Assembly (NCBI RefSeq): GCF_009914755.1
Contig: NC_060942.1
Direction: 5' to 3' (one strand)
Origin: the human T2T-CHM13v2.0 reference genome, Homo sapiens
Length of the DNA stretch: 64,000 bases
Under the pieces are notes generated by a model, which saw only the letters and a program-made list of their open reading frames with translations, made no database searches and was not told where the DNA came from. This document shows positions 18,601 through 34,341 of this stretch, in pieces; positions within the stretch are counted from its first letter, which is position 1, and each line of letters starts with the position of its first letter. A program made the position numbers and the translations under genes.

Positions 18601-19659
18601 TCCTTTCTTTAGTTTCACCTGTGTTTTACTCTGTTGAGATGCTGATTCCTAATTCTAAATAATCGGAGTTTGGGGGTCTTCAAGACATTTTTTTCCCAAA
18701 CTAGGAAGTCAGGACTTTATTCTGAAGGCAATGGGGAGCCACTGAAGGGCTTTAAGCAGGATAATAATAACAGATTTTCCTGCTAGAGATATCACCCAAG
18801 GAGCAGAGGTGAGGATTAACTTGGCGGCTGCAAGATACCAGGTACGGAGATCATGTTGGACCTCGGAGAGGAGACTTGGGGAAGGCCTCCTCCAAGTCAG
18901 CAGCAGTGAGAGCCGAGAGAAGGGGGTGGACAGAGGATACGTGGGGAGTGGAAGGACGGGAGTGTGGAGCTGATGCGGATGCCCCCAGGGGTGACTAGAT
19001 GAAGCCTTTTACCAAAATAAAGAAGCTGGGGAGGAAGAGGTGGGTGAGCCTGACTTTGGGTGTGATGGTGGCGAGGAGTGGCTGGGATCCCAGTGAAGCT
19101 GTCTTCTGGGGCCTGGGAGACAGGTCTAGCCTGGGGCCTTGTGTGGAAGTTATCCACTTACTGAGGGAGCTAGGAAGAGTGCATACATGAAAGAAGGATA
19201 TGACAGCAGCTTCCAGGTGCTGCCATGTGGAAGAGGACACAGACACACCTGTGTAGCTCTGAGGCCAAAACTAGGATGAAGTGTGAGAGTTGTAAGGATG
19301 TGGCTTTCAGGGCAATAACAGAAGAACTTTTCAACAGGACCATTGCAGTCCTATTGCGGGCAGTGGCTGACAACCTCTGGGCACTATGTGGGAGGGATCG
19401 TCTACTGAATGGCCAGAGATGACAAGATGGGTTCCTGCCCGCAAGGAGTTCATGATCATTAGGGGATTTCAGAAGGGAAATGACCATTGACTGAACTGTT
19501 CATCACTAGGAGCTCAGAAAAGGGAAAGATTGGCATGAACTACGAAGGAAAAAAGGATGACCTCCATCTGGATGGGTAAAAAAGAGGAATTCTCTAGATC
19601 TCTGGAGCTGGGAAGAAGAGACCAGCTGAAGGCCAGTTTATAGCCTGTCATGGCAAGCT

Positions 19660-20200
19660 ACCCTCTGCTTTGACCCCTCTAAATGCTTCTCATCTCGCTC
19701 AAAGTCAACTCCAAGACCTTTCAGTGGCCTGTAGGCTCCACAGGGCCCGTGTCAGATCTTGTCTCCTACCGCCCTCCCCAAGCCTGCACCGTGCCAGCTG
19801 CACTTCTTCCTACATCCCCCTCAGCAGGCCAGGCACCCTCCTGCCTCGGGGCCTTTGAAACTATTGCTGGTGCCTGAATGTTCTTCCCAAAGATTTGCAC
19901 AGGTCTGACTCCCACATGCTTTTTGGATTTCTGCTCAAGTGTTTCCTTCTCATGGGGAGCCCTGATTTCCCTACCTAAACCAGCAACTCCACTACCTTCT
20001 CTCTGCTTGATCTTCACAGCGTTCATCACCTTCTTACATATTGCAGTATTTATGTGATTATTGTCTGTCTCCCGCAACTAGAATAGAAGCTCCATGAGGG
20101 CAAGGACTTTATCTGTTTTGATCACTGCTGTATCTCTAGTGCCTGGAACTGTGCCTGGCACAGTGGGGAGAACCCTGTAAATATTTGTTGAATGAATGAA
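19660..20200 (+). mobile_element. L2 3' end (L2a-like)
   Basis: ctagaatagaagctccatgagggcaaggac...gtgcctggcacagt...aaatatttgttgaatgaatgaa. Confidence 0.85.
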
Positions 20201-20301
20201 CAACCTCATGGTCCATACTGAGGGGTTCTAGAAGATGAGGCTGCATGAGTACCGTTGTCCAACTGTGGAAGTTCTAGTTCTGGCATGGAAGCTTGGACTA
20301 A

Positions 20302-20789
<488 letters not shown>

Positions 20790-21109
20790 TAAGGGCCTGC
20801 TGTTGCTCAAACTCTGCTGAGTTTTGTGGGAGGTCCTAGCATGTAGAGGAGTGGTATAAACCTTAAGGAAATAGTTGGCACAGCACGTGACCCCCACACC
20901 CCACACCCGCTCCCGAAGCTCCGGACAACTGTGGACTTTTAATATTGCTTGTTAAAGGAATGAATCAATGAACAAACTTGTGATTTTGTTGGGGAGACAA
21001 AGCAAACATGCGTTAAAAGGACTTTATTAACTGACAAGCAACAAATGGAGTGAAAATTAGTACTGTGCTTCAGAGGAATAAGGATGAACTTTGAAATTGT
21101 ATCTTCAAA

Positions 21110-21330
21110 GGCAGCAGTGGCTAAGAGCATAAACTCTGAAGCCAGACAGCCTGGGTTTAAATCACAGCTCTCCTGGTATTAGCTGTGTGACCTTGTCCAT
21201 TTAATCTCTCCTCCTTAGTTTATTTGTCTATAAAATGGGGATAATAACAGTACCTCTCTCATAGGATTCTTATAAAGATTAAAGGAATACAGATGAAGCA
21301 CTTAACCGGCACAGCATCTAATAATTGCTG
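21110..21330 (+). mobile_element. MIR
   Basis: gtggctaagagcataaactctgaagccagacagcctgggtttaaatc...taaaatggggataataacagtacct. Confidence 0.88.
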
Positions 21331-22774
21331 TGCAGTTGCTGACATTTACAACCAGATTTGGGTGGGTTTCAGAGTCTGAACTTTAGACAATTTTGCTACC
21401 CTAGCTTTGACACAGCTTCTGGCAAATTCTAGGAGTTCATTAAATAGACACTTTTTCTGCCCTTTGCGAGTTTCAGTTTTCTCATCTGTCAAACAGTCAT
21501 AACAGGACTGGGGTAGAATTTAAATAAAATTTCTTGCTTCAGTGCATAGCACATGATGTGTGCTAAGTAAATGTGTTTTGAATGAATGACATGTGTGAAT
21601 CACTACCTATGGTGAGTTTGGAGTGAGTGAGCCTTCAAGGAATGTAAGTAGGGGAGTGATAGGAGGCGGGTAGGCGTGATTTAGGTGTTTGCTGAGTGAC
21701 CATTATGAGTCAGATTTTGAAGGAAGCACAGATTACAGGTTGGCTGAAAAAAGAGAAAAAGCATTCTTGGTAGATGAAATAGCATGGAAAATCTCCAAGA
21801 AAAGCTGAAAGGAGAATGAAAATAGAGTTAATGAGACGGGAAGACCAGTTTTTGCAACACTTTGAAGATCAGGAGTTTTCCTTTGTACTTACGGCCCCCA
21901 GTGAATATTCCTGGGCTGTGATTTGCCTCCTGTCTTAGCTAATTGGATCATAACATGAATCTGTCACCAACATTTGCCATTTAGGATTGGGAGAATGGAC
22001 CTCTCAAATGGTTAGGGTAATTCCAGTATCACTTCCTAAAGTCTACTTAGAGTTTTCAACAATACTTTTTGGGGTAAGAAAAACCACCTTAAAATTGCGG
22101 ACAAACTTCTGTGATTCTGGGAATATGTTTTTCTTATTGGTCAAAATTCCATGAGAAATACCAAATCCAGGATAGGCAAATGAGCCTGTTCCCAGCTGCA
22201 GTCGTGTTGCCAGGGGAGTCTGAAACACTTTTTAAAGAGCCCCCAAAGTCTTTCAACATGAACACAGGCACACTGCCGGGAGCTTGAGACCTAATGCTCT
22301 GGGGAATGCCCTCCCGTAGAAAGGGATAATGTGAGGAAACTGAAAAAGAATTGGAAGAACCCGTTTCAGATGGAATCGAACAATGCCCCATTGGCCCCCA
22401 GCCCTTATGCTCCTGCCGCAGGATTCTTCACTTTACTCGCAAGATGCTGCTGGGGAAATGGAAGTGATTAGAATATGTCTCCCAACCCATTTCTGTAGTC
22501 TCTTGCCTGTGGGTGCCACCACCCTTTGAGAACTGAAAAATGCGTGTGCCCCCACCTCCAGGCAGAGCTCCAGGCCTGCACATGCACACTTTGCCTATAA
22601 TATTTGCAGGTCACAGAACAGGGGCCCATCCCGTGGCCTCAGTTAAAAACCCACACTGCTGAGACAGCTATTTCCTTTATCTTATATTGTTGTTTACATG
22701 TTTGTCTGCACAATAGATTGCAAATTTGTTGACAGTGGCACCAGGTCTTAAGTTATTTTGGTATTCTCCCTAGC

Positions 22775-23059
22775 TTTTTTTTTTTTTTTTTTTTTGACAG
22801 GGTCTCACTCTGTTGCCCAGGCTGGAGTGCAGTGGCATAAACATGGCTCACAGCAGCCTCGACCTCCTGGGCTCAAGCGATCCTCCCAAGTAGCTGGGAC
22901 TACAGGCATGCACCACCATGCCTAGCTCATATTTTCTTTTGTAGAGACAGGATCTCGCTATGTTGCCCAGGCTGGTCTCAAACTCCTGGGCTCAAGTGGT
23001 GGTCCCACCTCAGACTCCCAAAGTGCTGGGATTACAGGCGTGAGCCACTGGGCCTGGCC
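22775..23059 (-). mobile_element. AluJ inside an L2 3' end (~22670-23120)
   Basis: TSD tccctagc; L2 end ctcaataaatatttgttga follows. Confidence 0.9.
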
Positions 23060-23605
23060 TTTCCCTAGCATTGATACAGTTTCTGGCAAATTCTAGAAGC
23101 TCAATAAATATTTGTTGATGTGAATCCCCACCTTAGTGACCGGTGCAACTGCTTTCTTTTTTAGTGTAATGAAACTGAACTTTTTCTCCAAATGGAATTA
23201 GTAAATCTCAAAGAGAAAAGAATCCGGGTCTGCAGCCCAAACCCGCATGCCTTTGGGGGAACACGCACAGCAAGAATGCTTTATGCCTTGGCTTTTCCAG
23301 ACACAGGCTCAACACGAGGAAACAGCAAGCACAGGGGAATTATAACAGGGTGATCTTGAGATTTTTTTTTTCTTTTGCCCCAACCCTGATCTGTGGCACT
23401 TGAACAATCTTGGTTTCCGGAGAACAGACTACTGTAATGATAATCCAGGAAGTAAATTGCCTTTTGAAAAGCAAGGAAGAAACCAATGGACTAAGTATTT
23501 ATTTATATTTAATGCTCCAGGACTTCTGTTTCCAGCTTTGAAGAGTTCCTGGCAAACGCTTTGTGAAGTCATTAATCTTCGGGGCAAATCTAAATGTCTT
23601 GCACA

Positions 23606-23745
23606 GCTGGATGCGGTGGCTCACGCCTGTAATCCCAGCCCTTTGGGAGGCAGAGGCAGGCGGATCACTTCAGTCTAGGAGTTTGCAACCAGCCTGGGCA
23701 ACATAGTGAGACCCTGTCTCTATAAAAATGAATAATAAAAAAAGA
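23606..23745 (+). mobile_element. Alu left monomer (FLAM_C-like)
   Basis: Single monomer ending gagaccctgtctctataaaaat. Confidence 0.85.
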
Positions 23746-23994
23746 AATCTGAAATAATCCTCTTTCTCGCAGATAATCATGCTTTCCGCATTTCACATGC
23801 ACACACACACATAAACGAAAAGGTGTTATTCTATGCATATTAGTAGCCTGTTTTCCTCACTCTAATAATAATTCATTCATTATGGATCAGTAAATACGTA
23901 CCAGGAGCATTGTTTTGAATGGCTGTATATAGTATTCCATTGTGATTGTACCAAAATCTGTTTAATCAATTGCCCTATTTGGTAATTTAATGGC

Positions 23995-24673
<679 letters not shown>

Positions 24674-24674
24674 A

Positions 24675-24920
24675 ATAGCCGATATTTCTTAAAGCCTTAC
24701 TATGGGCCAGGAACTGTGCTGATTGCTTTACATAAAGCATCTCATTTAACTCCTTAACAAACCTAGGATGTAGGTACTATTATTGTTTCCATTTCACAGA
24801 TAACAAAACTGGCACAGAGAGGTGAGGTAACTTACCTCAAGGGCACACAGCAAGTAAGTGGTAGAGCTGGATCCAAACCAGGCAGTCTAGCTTGAGTTGT
24901 GCATTTAGGCACTTTGTTGC
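24675..24920 (-). mobile_element. MIR
   Basis: aggtactattattgtttccatttcacagataacaaaactggcacagagaggtgaggtaactt. Confidence 0.85.
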
Positions 24921-24993
24921 CATTATAAGTCACAGTCTTTACTATATTTACTATTATTTCCTACGCACTTGCTAATTCCCTAAAATAAAGTTA

Positions 24994-25322
<329 letters not shown>

Positions 25323-25797
25323 TTAGTGTTTTTCATACAAATTACCCATCCACCAGAGCCTATACCCATTTACATCTCCAACAGCAGTGCACGAGGGGCT
25401 GTTGGATGCAAAGCCTCTGTGGGGTGTGTGTTGAGTGTGTATGTGTGTGTGAGATAAAATGATTGACTGAGGTGAGGCACACACCTAGGAAGAATGAACT
25501 CTAATTAGGGTTGTGTGGAGTTCATCTCTTAGACTTCCATTCTCACTTTGTCCATCCTATCATGCAAGGAAGAGCATAAAGCTGACTGATCCAAATGATG
25601 GAGCCAGTTTGGTGAACAATGTATATAAACACTTTATCTTAGAAGTGAAAAGAGAAATCCCGTAAAAGTGATTTTCTTTTGGTGTGTTATTTTTCTTAAG
25701 ACAGGTTTATTGAGATATAATTTACTTTACATAAAGTTAATCGGTTTTTGTTGAAGAACCATCTTCTCCAGTGTCTTCACACTGGTCCTCTCAATTA

Positions 25798-26446
<649 letters not shown>

Positions 26447-26993
26447 CGGGAGAATATTTAATCCATTCCAAAACACCCATCAGGAAATGAAGGGAACCAT
26501 AGGAAGATCTTCCACCTATAACAAACAGAGCGAGGTTACTGGCTTTCTGCTTGCTCCTGGCATCCAGAGGTGTGATATTTGGAAGAAATTCTGTATCCTT
26601 CAGCTACTCCCCGATATTCAGACATAAGTTACACACATCTGGAGAAGAGTTCTGCCCTGTTGAAGCTAGAAGGGTGCTCGATGGGAAAGAGAAAGGAGCA
26701 TCAATCTGCAAAAAACTGATCAACAACAACAAAAAAAACAAAAGAAAAAGAAAATAACAAACGATTTTTCAAAGTGGCTGGGCCATTTTGCATTCCCACC
26801 ATTGATGCATGAGAGTTCCAGTGCTTTGCATTCTCACCAGCACTCGATATTGACAGGGTTGATTTTCTTTTCTTTCTTTGGTTTAGTCATAGAAACCAAA
26901 CCACTGCACATATAAGTGTGCAGTGACTACTGACTACTGATACTGAACATCTTTTAATGTGCTTATTTGACATCCATATCTTTTCCTTGGTGA

Positions 26994-27419
<426 letters not shown>

Positions 27420-27588
27420 TAAGTATGAGAATTCTTTATAGATTTTGGATATTATCCTTTATCAGGTAAACTTTTACCAATACTTTATCCCAGTCTATGA
27501 CTTGACTTTTTATTTTCTTAAGTGCATCTTCAGGAGAGCAAATGTTTTCGATTTTGGTAAAGTTCAATTTATGAACTTTAAAAAATAT

Positions 27589-27926
<338 letters not shown>

Positions 27927-28141
27927 CTATCCCAAGATCACAGAGATTTTCCCCAGTGTTTCATTTTTGAAATTTTGTAGTTTTAAGACTTACATTTAGG
28001 TTTGTGACTCTTTCCAAGTTAATTGTTTTATGATGTAAGGTATAAGTCAAGGTTAATTTTATTTTATTTCTTGGCATAGGAATATTCAGTTGTTCTAATA
28101 CTGTTACTTGAAACATAAAGGCATCTTAAAACTTCCAATAC

Positions 28142-28355
28142 TTTTCTTTTTCTTTTTTTTTGAGACGGAGTCTCAGTCTGTCACCCAGGCTGGAGTGCAG
28201 TGGTGCGATCTCGGCTCACTGAAAGCTCTGCTCCCGGGTTCACGCCATTCTCCTGCCTCAGCCTCCTGAGTAGCTGGGACTACAAGTGCCCACCACCACG
28301 CCCGGCTAATTTTTTGTATTTTTAGTAGAGACGGGGTTTCACCGTGTTAGCCAGG
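28142..28355 (-). mobile_element. AluY, 5'-truncated
   Basis: cccgggttcacgccattctcc...caccgtgttagccagga then abrupt stop. Confidence 0.9.
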
Positions 28356-28869
28356 AGGGGATGAGGTGTGGAGGGGGCTGCTGAGAGGCTCTGGCTCCGT
28401 AGAAGTTGTCATGAGAGCCCACCCCTATTCCTCGTCTAAATGGTGCCCACTGCGGGCTGCTGAGAGGAACAACCCCCACCAAGCCCGGGTCTCATGGTTT
28501 GGCTCTTTAAAGATGGTGCCTGAGCAGGAGCTGACTTTGAGATTCAGCGATACCATCAGGGCTGAGTGAGCACTGCTTTGGTGAGTTATCTTCAGTCCCA
28601 CTTTGGGGGCCTTGGAACAAGCATTTGCAGCTCTTTCTGGTGAAAGATATGGCTGAAGCTTTTGGTGGGCCTGGGACCCTTTCTTATGTGATGGAAACCT
28701 CAGGACTAGGCATTCCCCGGTACCCCCCAGTTTCTGTGCACCCTAGAGTCATACACAAATCTGCTATTCCGTTTTTCAGGTAAAGAATCTGAGGCTGAGA
28801 CACTTGCTGAAAGTCATGCAGTAATTTAGTTCTCCTGGCCCCAATTTTGTTTCTTGCAGGCTTGAATAT

Positions 28870-30030
28870 CCGCTGCCTCCCAGGCCTTCCATTGATGGGA
28901 CTCTCTGCTTCTCAAATTCATCATATCTAAATCGGAATTCATTCTTCTCCTTCTTGCTCTTCATCTCCCCACCTCAAACTGCTTTTCGTCTTGATCTCTT
29001 CTCTTGGTAATATTTCACCAACCACCCCGTTACCCAAGCCAGGAACCGGGGAAGTATCTCAACATGCCCCTCTCCTGCATCTCCAGGATCAGATCAGTCC
29101 CTAAACTCCGTTGATTCTAGCTTGCAAATAGCTCCTAGATTTGCTTTCTGTCCCCTCCTGGCACCCCTTTGGTTCAGAATGTCAACATCTATGATAAAGC
29201 TAGATCTAGATAAAGTTTGTCCAACCTGCAGCCTGAGGGCCACATGCAGCTCAGGACCGTTTTGAATGCGGCCCAACACAAATTCACAAACTTTCTTAAA
29301 ACATTATAAATTAGCCAGGCATGGTGGCATGCACCTGTAATCCCAGCTACTTGGGAGGCTGAGGCATGAGAATCACTTGAACTGGGAGGTGGAGGTTGCA
29401 GTGAGCCAAGATCTCACCACTGCATTCCAGCCTAGGTGACAGAGACTCCATCTCAAAAAAAGACAGAGAGAGAGAGATTATTTTGCGATTTTTTTTTAAA
29501 GCTTATCAACTATCTCTAGTGTTAGTGTATTTTATGTGTGACCCAAGACAATTCTTCTTCCATTGTGACCCAGGGAAGCCAAAAGATTGGACACCCCAGA
29601 TCTAGATGTTTGAAATGTCCTTTTGGCTGGTCTACTATTTCCCAAATCTTCTTTAACTAAGCTATCATCAGCACAGCTGCCAAATAGATCTTTCCAGAAT
29701 GCGGTTTTGATAATGTCGCTCCTCAGCTTCAAAACTCTTTAGTGGCTCAACATTACCTTCTAGATAAAGATCAGACTCTCCGACTTGGCACCAGGTCCCT
29801 GTGTTGGCTTGGGCCACATGCCCCTTTGCCCTTTGTACTTTAGCAATAAAGAGCTCTTATTTTATGTCTGGCTTTTTCTCCTATATGATGGCAATCTCAT
29901 TGAAACAATTTGTTTACACACCTGCCTTCCTTGCTAGACTATGAAGCACTTGAGGGCAGGAACTCTGTTTAGCTTGTTGCAGCCTTTCACACAGGGCCTG
30001 GCATGAAGTCCGTACAGTCATTCATTTCAT
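28870..30030 (+). mobile_element. L2 fragment (host of MER30)
   Basis: Pyrimidine-rich L2 text ctcaaattcatcatatctaaa...; 3' end ctagactatgaagcacttgagggcagg. Confidence 0.65.
29212..29599 (-). mobile_element. MER30 (hAT-Charlie MITE) containing an Alu right arm (~29307-29477)
   Basis: Matches MER30 as I recall it (cccagggaagccaaaagattggacacccc; tttgaatgcggcccaacacaaatt); perfect 8-bp TSD atctagat at 29204-29211 and 29600-29607. Confidence 0.9.
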
Positions 30031-30232
30031 AAGCGTAAAGATAGATGGGAATATCTCCCATCACGTGCCCACATTCTTGCATATATTAAAATGTCATGTT
30101 CCTTTGTCGGAATCTCTTAGTAATTTTAAACTGGAGATCAGGAGTACCACATTTTAGGACAATACTGAATGCTGACCACTTGGGAGTTGCTTTCCAAAGT
30201 GAAGAATGACTGTAAATTAAAATGCCGGCATC

Positions 30233-30543
30233 TGGCCAGGTGCGGTAGCTCATGCCTGTAATCCCGCACTTTGGGAGGATGAGGTGGGTGGATCACCTGT
30301 GGTCGTGAGTTTGAGACCAGCCTGGCCAACATGGTGAAACGCTGTCTTTACTAAAAATACAAAAATTAGCCAGGTGTGGTGGTGCACACCTGTAATCCTA
30401 GCTACTTGGGAGGCTAAGGCACGAGAATCTCTTGAACCCGGGAGGTGGAGGTTGCAGTGAACCTAGATGGCACCACTGCACTCCAGCCTGGGCAACAGTG
30501 CAAGTCTCCATTTCAAGAAAGCAAGACAAAAGAAAACCAAAAA
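30233..30543 (+). mobile_element. AluSx-like
   Basis: TSD aaaatgccggcatct. Confidence 0.94.
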
Positions 30544-31398
30544 AATGCCGGCATCTGAAACACTTACATGAAAGTAATCCTGTTTCATGCTCAGTTGTCC
30601 ATTTTGCTCTTGGAACATGAGATAGATCAAGTGACAAGGCTTTGGGGGGTCGTTTAGGCTGCTGTGAGAGGAGGATAAAGAGACCGGCAGTGAGAGAGAA
30701 GCCTGTCCAAAACAGAATTCATGGTTTTGCCACCAACTTCTTGACCCACCCACAGGCCTCTTGTCAGTTAACAGCATCACAGGAAGGCCAGTCTCCTCTC
30801 GGCTTTCTCCCCTCACACCCTGTGTGCCAGCCCCTCAGAACTTTCCTGAGTTCATGAGAACACCCTGGACACCATCATATGTCCCTGCTTTGGTATGGAT
30901 CAACAATGTTCTTCCATTGACCCTTGATTTGGTGGGTTCTGCATTCCTCTTTACTGTGTGTGTACACACGTGCATGGGTGTGTACATGTCTGCATGTGTG
31001 CATATCTGTGTTTTTACCCTCCTTGATCCTGATCAACTGCCTCCTCATCCATGGAGTTTTCTCACCTCCTCCAGGAAGAATCAGTCCCTTGTTACTATAC
31101 CTTGTTGAGACAGTTCACATGCTGATTATTTGTCTTTGTATGAACTGTGGGTCCCCATCACATAGGGGCTGTGTTTACTTTTTCCTGAAAGGTGCCCCCC
31201 ACCCTAGCACAGTGCTTGGCACAGAGTATGCCTTAATCACTACATAAATGTTAGTGTTAAAGCCACTCGCTCACTCACTTACTCTGCTCTTTCATTCGAT
31301 CAGCCACTACCAGGTGGCTGGTATCCAGTTTTCCTAACCTCCCTCCCCATCCCGTGAAAGGACTTTGCAGACAGAAACCCTTTCTTTTCTTTCTTTTT

Positions 31399-31700
31399 AA
31401 TTTTTTAATTTTTTTTTTTGAGACAGAGTCTTGCTCTGTTGCCCAAGCTGGATTGCAGTGGCTGCGATCTTGGCTCACTGCAAGCTCTGCCTCCCGGGTT
31501 CATGCCATTCTCCTGCCTCAGCCTCCCAAGTAGCTGGGACTACAGGTGCCCACCACCACGCCCGGCTAATTGTTCTGTATTTTTAGTAGAGATGGGATTT
31601 CACGGTATTAGCCAGGATGGTCTCGATCTCTTGACCTCATGATCCGCCCGCCTCAGCCTCCCAGAGTGCTGGGATTACAGGCCTGAGCCACCGTGCCTGT
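31399..31700 (-). mobile_element. AluY-like
   Basis: gcaagctctgcctcccgggttcatgcc; ttagccaggatggtctcgatctc. Confidence 0.92.
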
Positions 31701-31704
31701 CTCT

Positions 31705-31998
31705 TTTTAATTTTTTTTAAGGTGGAGTCTCACTGTCACCCGGGCTGCAGGGCGGTGGCACAATCTCAGCTCACTGCAACCTCCGCCTCCTGGGTTCAAA
31801 TGTTTCTCCTGCCTCAGCCTCCTGAGTAATTGGGATTACAGGCACACGCCACCATACTTGGCTAATTTTTTGTATTTTTAGTAGAGAGGGGGTTTCACCA
31901 TTTTGGCCAGGCTAGTCTGGAACTCCTAACCTCAAGTGATCCTCCCGCCTTGGCTCCCCAAAGTGCTGGGATTACAGGCGTGAACCACCGTGCCTGGT
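31705..31998 (-). mobile_element. AluS, tandem with previous
   Basis: Full antisense Alu. Confidence 0.92.
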
Positions 31999-34277
31999 CA
32001 ACAAACGGAAACCCTTTCTGAGGTCTGTGCCAGGCCTAAAGTGTTATCTCTCCTTGCCTGCCATCAACCCCTACGTTCCTTCCTGAACAAAGTTATTTCT
32101 TTTTCCCTCTTTCCTTCTTTAGAACAATGCCCCTGTCTATCTTTCTATTTGGATTACCCCTGTATAAAAACCAGGTGTGCTCTGAGGGTGGTCTTTTGGA
32201 GAAGGATAATCAAAACTCTCCAAGATGAGCCTACTGATGATGTCCAAGACTATGGTCTCCATATTAAGAAAAAGTCTCACTGGTTCTATCTTTTATTCTG
32301 CAGTAGCATCTCTTCCTCAAAGATGAGCCAGCCGTCATTTGAAGAGGAGGAAAGACTGGATTGGGGAAGAATCTGGGGCAAAATGAAGCCAAATTGAGAA
32401 CGAGGAGAAAAGAAGATGCTAAGGCCGCAGATAAGGAGGTCTTGAGTGTTACAGCTCTTTTTGAATTTGTCTAGCATGCTTTCTGCTTTTTACTGGAAAG
32501 TGCCCCCCCCCAAAAAAATAAAAACGAATAAATAAAAAAGAAAGATTTAAAAAATAAAAGAGAAAGAAGGGCCTGGGAATTGTGGCTGCTCAGAGGACAC
32601 CCAGCTCTGAGTTCAGTAGACTCTGATGAAGTGCCGCTTCTGCTTATGGTTGTCCCTTCCCATCTATCCTGGTTCTGTTTATCCTGTCTCATATCTCTCA
32701 GGATAGTCAGGGCAGCTTCCCCTGTTCTCTTGCCACTGGCTCCAACAACCTGCCTGTCACACATTCTATCTTTTGCTTCTTCAAAATATCTCTAAGATTG
32801 ACTCTTCCTTTCCTCTCTCCATCAAGTTCCATCTCCCGGGCTGATCCTGCTCCTCTGCGATACGTTCTGCAGATGGTCCTGTGTGGCCCAGTCTTCCAAA
32901 TGCACCTCTTCAGGGATGCCCATCCTCAGTTAGAGAAACGTGAGTGACCTCGAGGCCCTGCAGGGGGTTCTTCCTTCTGACTCGGCATACTTATTTCTCA
33001 CTGCACCCGAAAGGAAACCCCTCAATGCAGTTTTTAGAGCTGTCTCCAGTCCCCAGTCTCTTCCTGACCCTGCATTCCTGCACTGGCTGAGATAAACCTT
33101 TCTCCTCCTCACTTAATCTGCCACTTAATCTGCATCCTGCCATCCATGAGAGGACTCCAACCCAGGCTGAAGTCTCCTTCTTTGCTTGCATATTAAATGA
33201 GCCTGCCATTGCTGGGCATGTCTCTATCCTCTTGCTGGTTAAAATGGTGTTGCTTTCAGCCAAAAGCCTTTGAAAACTTCACAGAGCCATGTCATCTGTC
33301 ACATACATTGCAAAGAGCAAAACTGGTCAAAGTTAAAGCAAATTTAGTCATTTAGCATAGGGTTGTTTTTGAATGATCCCAGGGATGTTAGTTTTGTCCC
33401 CCCACCTCCCAATTTGCTACTGCTGCTGGGGTGTCTGTGAGCCTCTCACAGCGTGTTATTTAGGGCTGGGCTCAGGGGCGGGGGGAGACGCTCACTACAC
33501 ACACGCTAATTGACTTATTGAGTTAGTCATTTGGTCTTTGACAAACATTTATTTACTGCCTACAGAGAAGGCTCAAGTCGATTTTTACTTATCTTCCCAA
33601 ATGGCACCAAAATTCAACAAGAGCCACCCAACACCTAGGAAAGGACTTTGACCAATGAAAGCAACTTGAGAACAGGTTTTGCTGCCTTCAGCTCACCTTG
33701 AGCAGGGGCCAAGCTCAGTGCGTTGGGAAGAGGCACAAAGAGCTCACTTGCTGCATGCTGTTTGTTCAGAAATAGCCTTCCTGAAGCATGAGTCTATTGG
33801 TGAGAACTCAGCCTTACAAAGTCAACACAAGGCTTCTGGCTGATGCTCCAGGACACTGGGCTGCTGATGCCTTCCACGCAGATCCAGAACTTCTTGTCCT
33901 CTGGGTTCACAATTTCACAGCACAGGGAGTCAGTCCTGGCTTGGCCTCTCCCTCTCACAGACCTGTGGTCAGGGTTTGTGGCCAACTGTAGGGCTTCCTT
34001 AAGGGAAGGGGTTTGTAAACCCATTTCTCTAAGTGACCTCCCTGAGCTGCAGCCTTCGGGCTGGTTCTCTCCTCTCTGCATGGCTGTAGCTCTCTGGGGC
34101 TGAACATCCCAGTAGCCAAGTGGACAAGTAGACTCTGAGAGGTGGCTATTGAGGCAGAGTAAGGGACTAGTGGGAATCTCTATTGGCAACAGAAATGCAA
34201 ACGTACCTTCAGGTCAGGTTTAAAGGCCTAGTCAATGATTACATATTTTTATTATTTACCTAGTAAAAATTCCCTTG

Positions 34278-34300
34278 AGAGGGAGAGAGAAAGAGGAGAG

Positions 34301-34338
<38 letters not shown>
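34278..34338. repeat. (GA)n purine microsatellite
   Basis: GA-rich lead-in followed by about 15 GA units. Confidence 0.9.

Positions 34339-34341
<3 letters not shown>

Noticed and set aside
33111-33134. 12-bp direct repeat cacttaatctgc x2
   Set aside because: Too short to distinguish from ordinary slippage; no functional evidence
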